Below are positions 61,547 through 62,386 of a stretch of DNA of 62,386 bases, one piece after another. Below the pieces are notes generated by a model. It was not told the origin of the DNA, did not search any database, and saw only the letters and a program-made list of their open reading frames with translations. Origin of the DNA: Corallochytrium limacisporum Hawaii. Its lineage: Eukaryota > Protista > Pluriformea. Every line of letters begins with the position of its first letter. The stretch's first letter is position 1. The stretch lies in assembly GCA_002811645.1 (NCBI GenBank), contig PDIP01000078.1:68559-130944 (forward strand). The letters run 5' to 3'. A program made the translations under genes and the position numbers.

Positions 61547-62386
61547 TTGTCTCAGATTCCTTCTTTATCCAGACTGCAACCGTTAAATTTATGGCAATCA
61601 GGCGGCAAGAGGGCCGCCGTCTGACGTACCAATCTGACGACTCTAATTCAAGCTCAAACCCACTGGGCCGTTGCGCATCTCATCTTTGCGTCTACCATTA
61701 AAACTTTGTACTCATCCAGAGCTACACGCACTGCATTGGACTTTGAGGTTCGCCACAATGTACTAAAGACACCTGTAGATGAACGAAAATAGCTGCCCAG
61801 ATCACTAAAATCTACGTCCACACTTTGCTTCCATTTACTCTGCCACATATCCCCCCCTCCTTCCCTGAATTCCCGCTACCCTCAGTGCCTCCTTGCGCGG
61901 TTGCTACCAGGGGTGCGCACGGGGACTGTGGTGTGCGCAACGACCAAGGTCAGTCTTGCGTTAGGACATGAATCCCGTAGAATAGTGTCAGATTAGCAAA
62001 TTCTTAGGAGAGATCAACAAGGGTGTCCACGATGCTCGCTGCCTGAGATGCAGTCTCCTACTGATGAACGGTTGATTGGGATGATATCGCCCTTCAATCG
62101 AACGTGGCGGGACCCATCCTCCTTCGTCACGGATGCATCCCTGCGTGGCTCACTTGGGTTGGAGGTTCCTTACTATTCCCAAGTGGCCACGAACGTATCC
62201 GCGGGAAATAGGGGCCCATAGCGGTGCTTTCTGTGGCGACTCCTGCTTCTGAGGCAATAAAAAAAAAAAATCTCTAGTCCTGCTTATGCCAACCAAGACG
62301 CTTGTCAGCGAAACCGGCGTGGAGACTGCCGCGCAGCGTTTCAACGGGATCTCCTCGCCCGCCCTCCCCCTCCCCCCCCCCGGGGG

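Noticed and set aside
61654-61848. 64 aa ATG-initiated ORF upstream of the ERICH3-like gene
   Set aside because: Short with no motif; cannot be distinguished from a chance ORF or uORF.

Overview
Gene-dense eukaryotic nuclear DNA with about 19 apparently intronless protein-coding genes, mostly in divergent or convergent pairs with 90-330 bp 3' spacers. There are two N-gaps and no tRNA, rRNA, CRISPR or transposon signature that I can support. Recognisable products, in order: Phactr/Bni4-like PP1 regulator, SKA2-like kinetochore subunit, RAD51D, TTC27/Emw1, a protein with three winged-helix-like repeats, MEST-like hydrolase, small SAM methyltransferase, ABCC transporter, PDR-type full ABCG transporter, a Q/P-rich ORF broken by one in-frame TAA, LRR protein, TBCB, VTC4, a bacterial-type tRNA 2-selenouridine synthase (SelU/MnmH), eIF2-alpha, EXO1, mitochondrial AspRS, RpiA and an ERICH3/DUF4590-like acidic protein. 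The mix of animal-like genes (MEST, SKA, ERICH3-like, E2F sites) and fungal-like genes (VTC4, PDR, Ybt1-like ABCC) with almost no introns suggests a unicellular opisthokont. Corallochytrium would fit, but that is inference only. The top candidate for an undescribed system is the nuclear-encoded SelU with a mitochondrial-presequence-like N-terminus, which would imply selenouridine or geranyl-thiouridine modification of organellar tRNA. Other signals: a recurrent intergenic Cn-Gn palindrome, identical E2F 10-mers in two DNA-repair/mitotic promoters, and a possibly dual-targeted RpiA. All assignments come from motif recognition by eye; no database searches were run.
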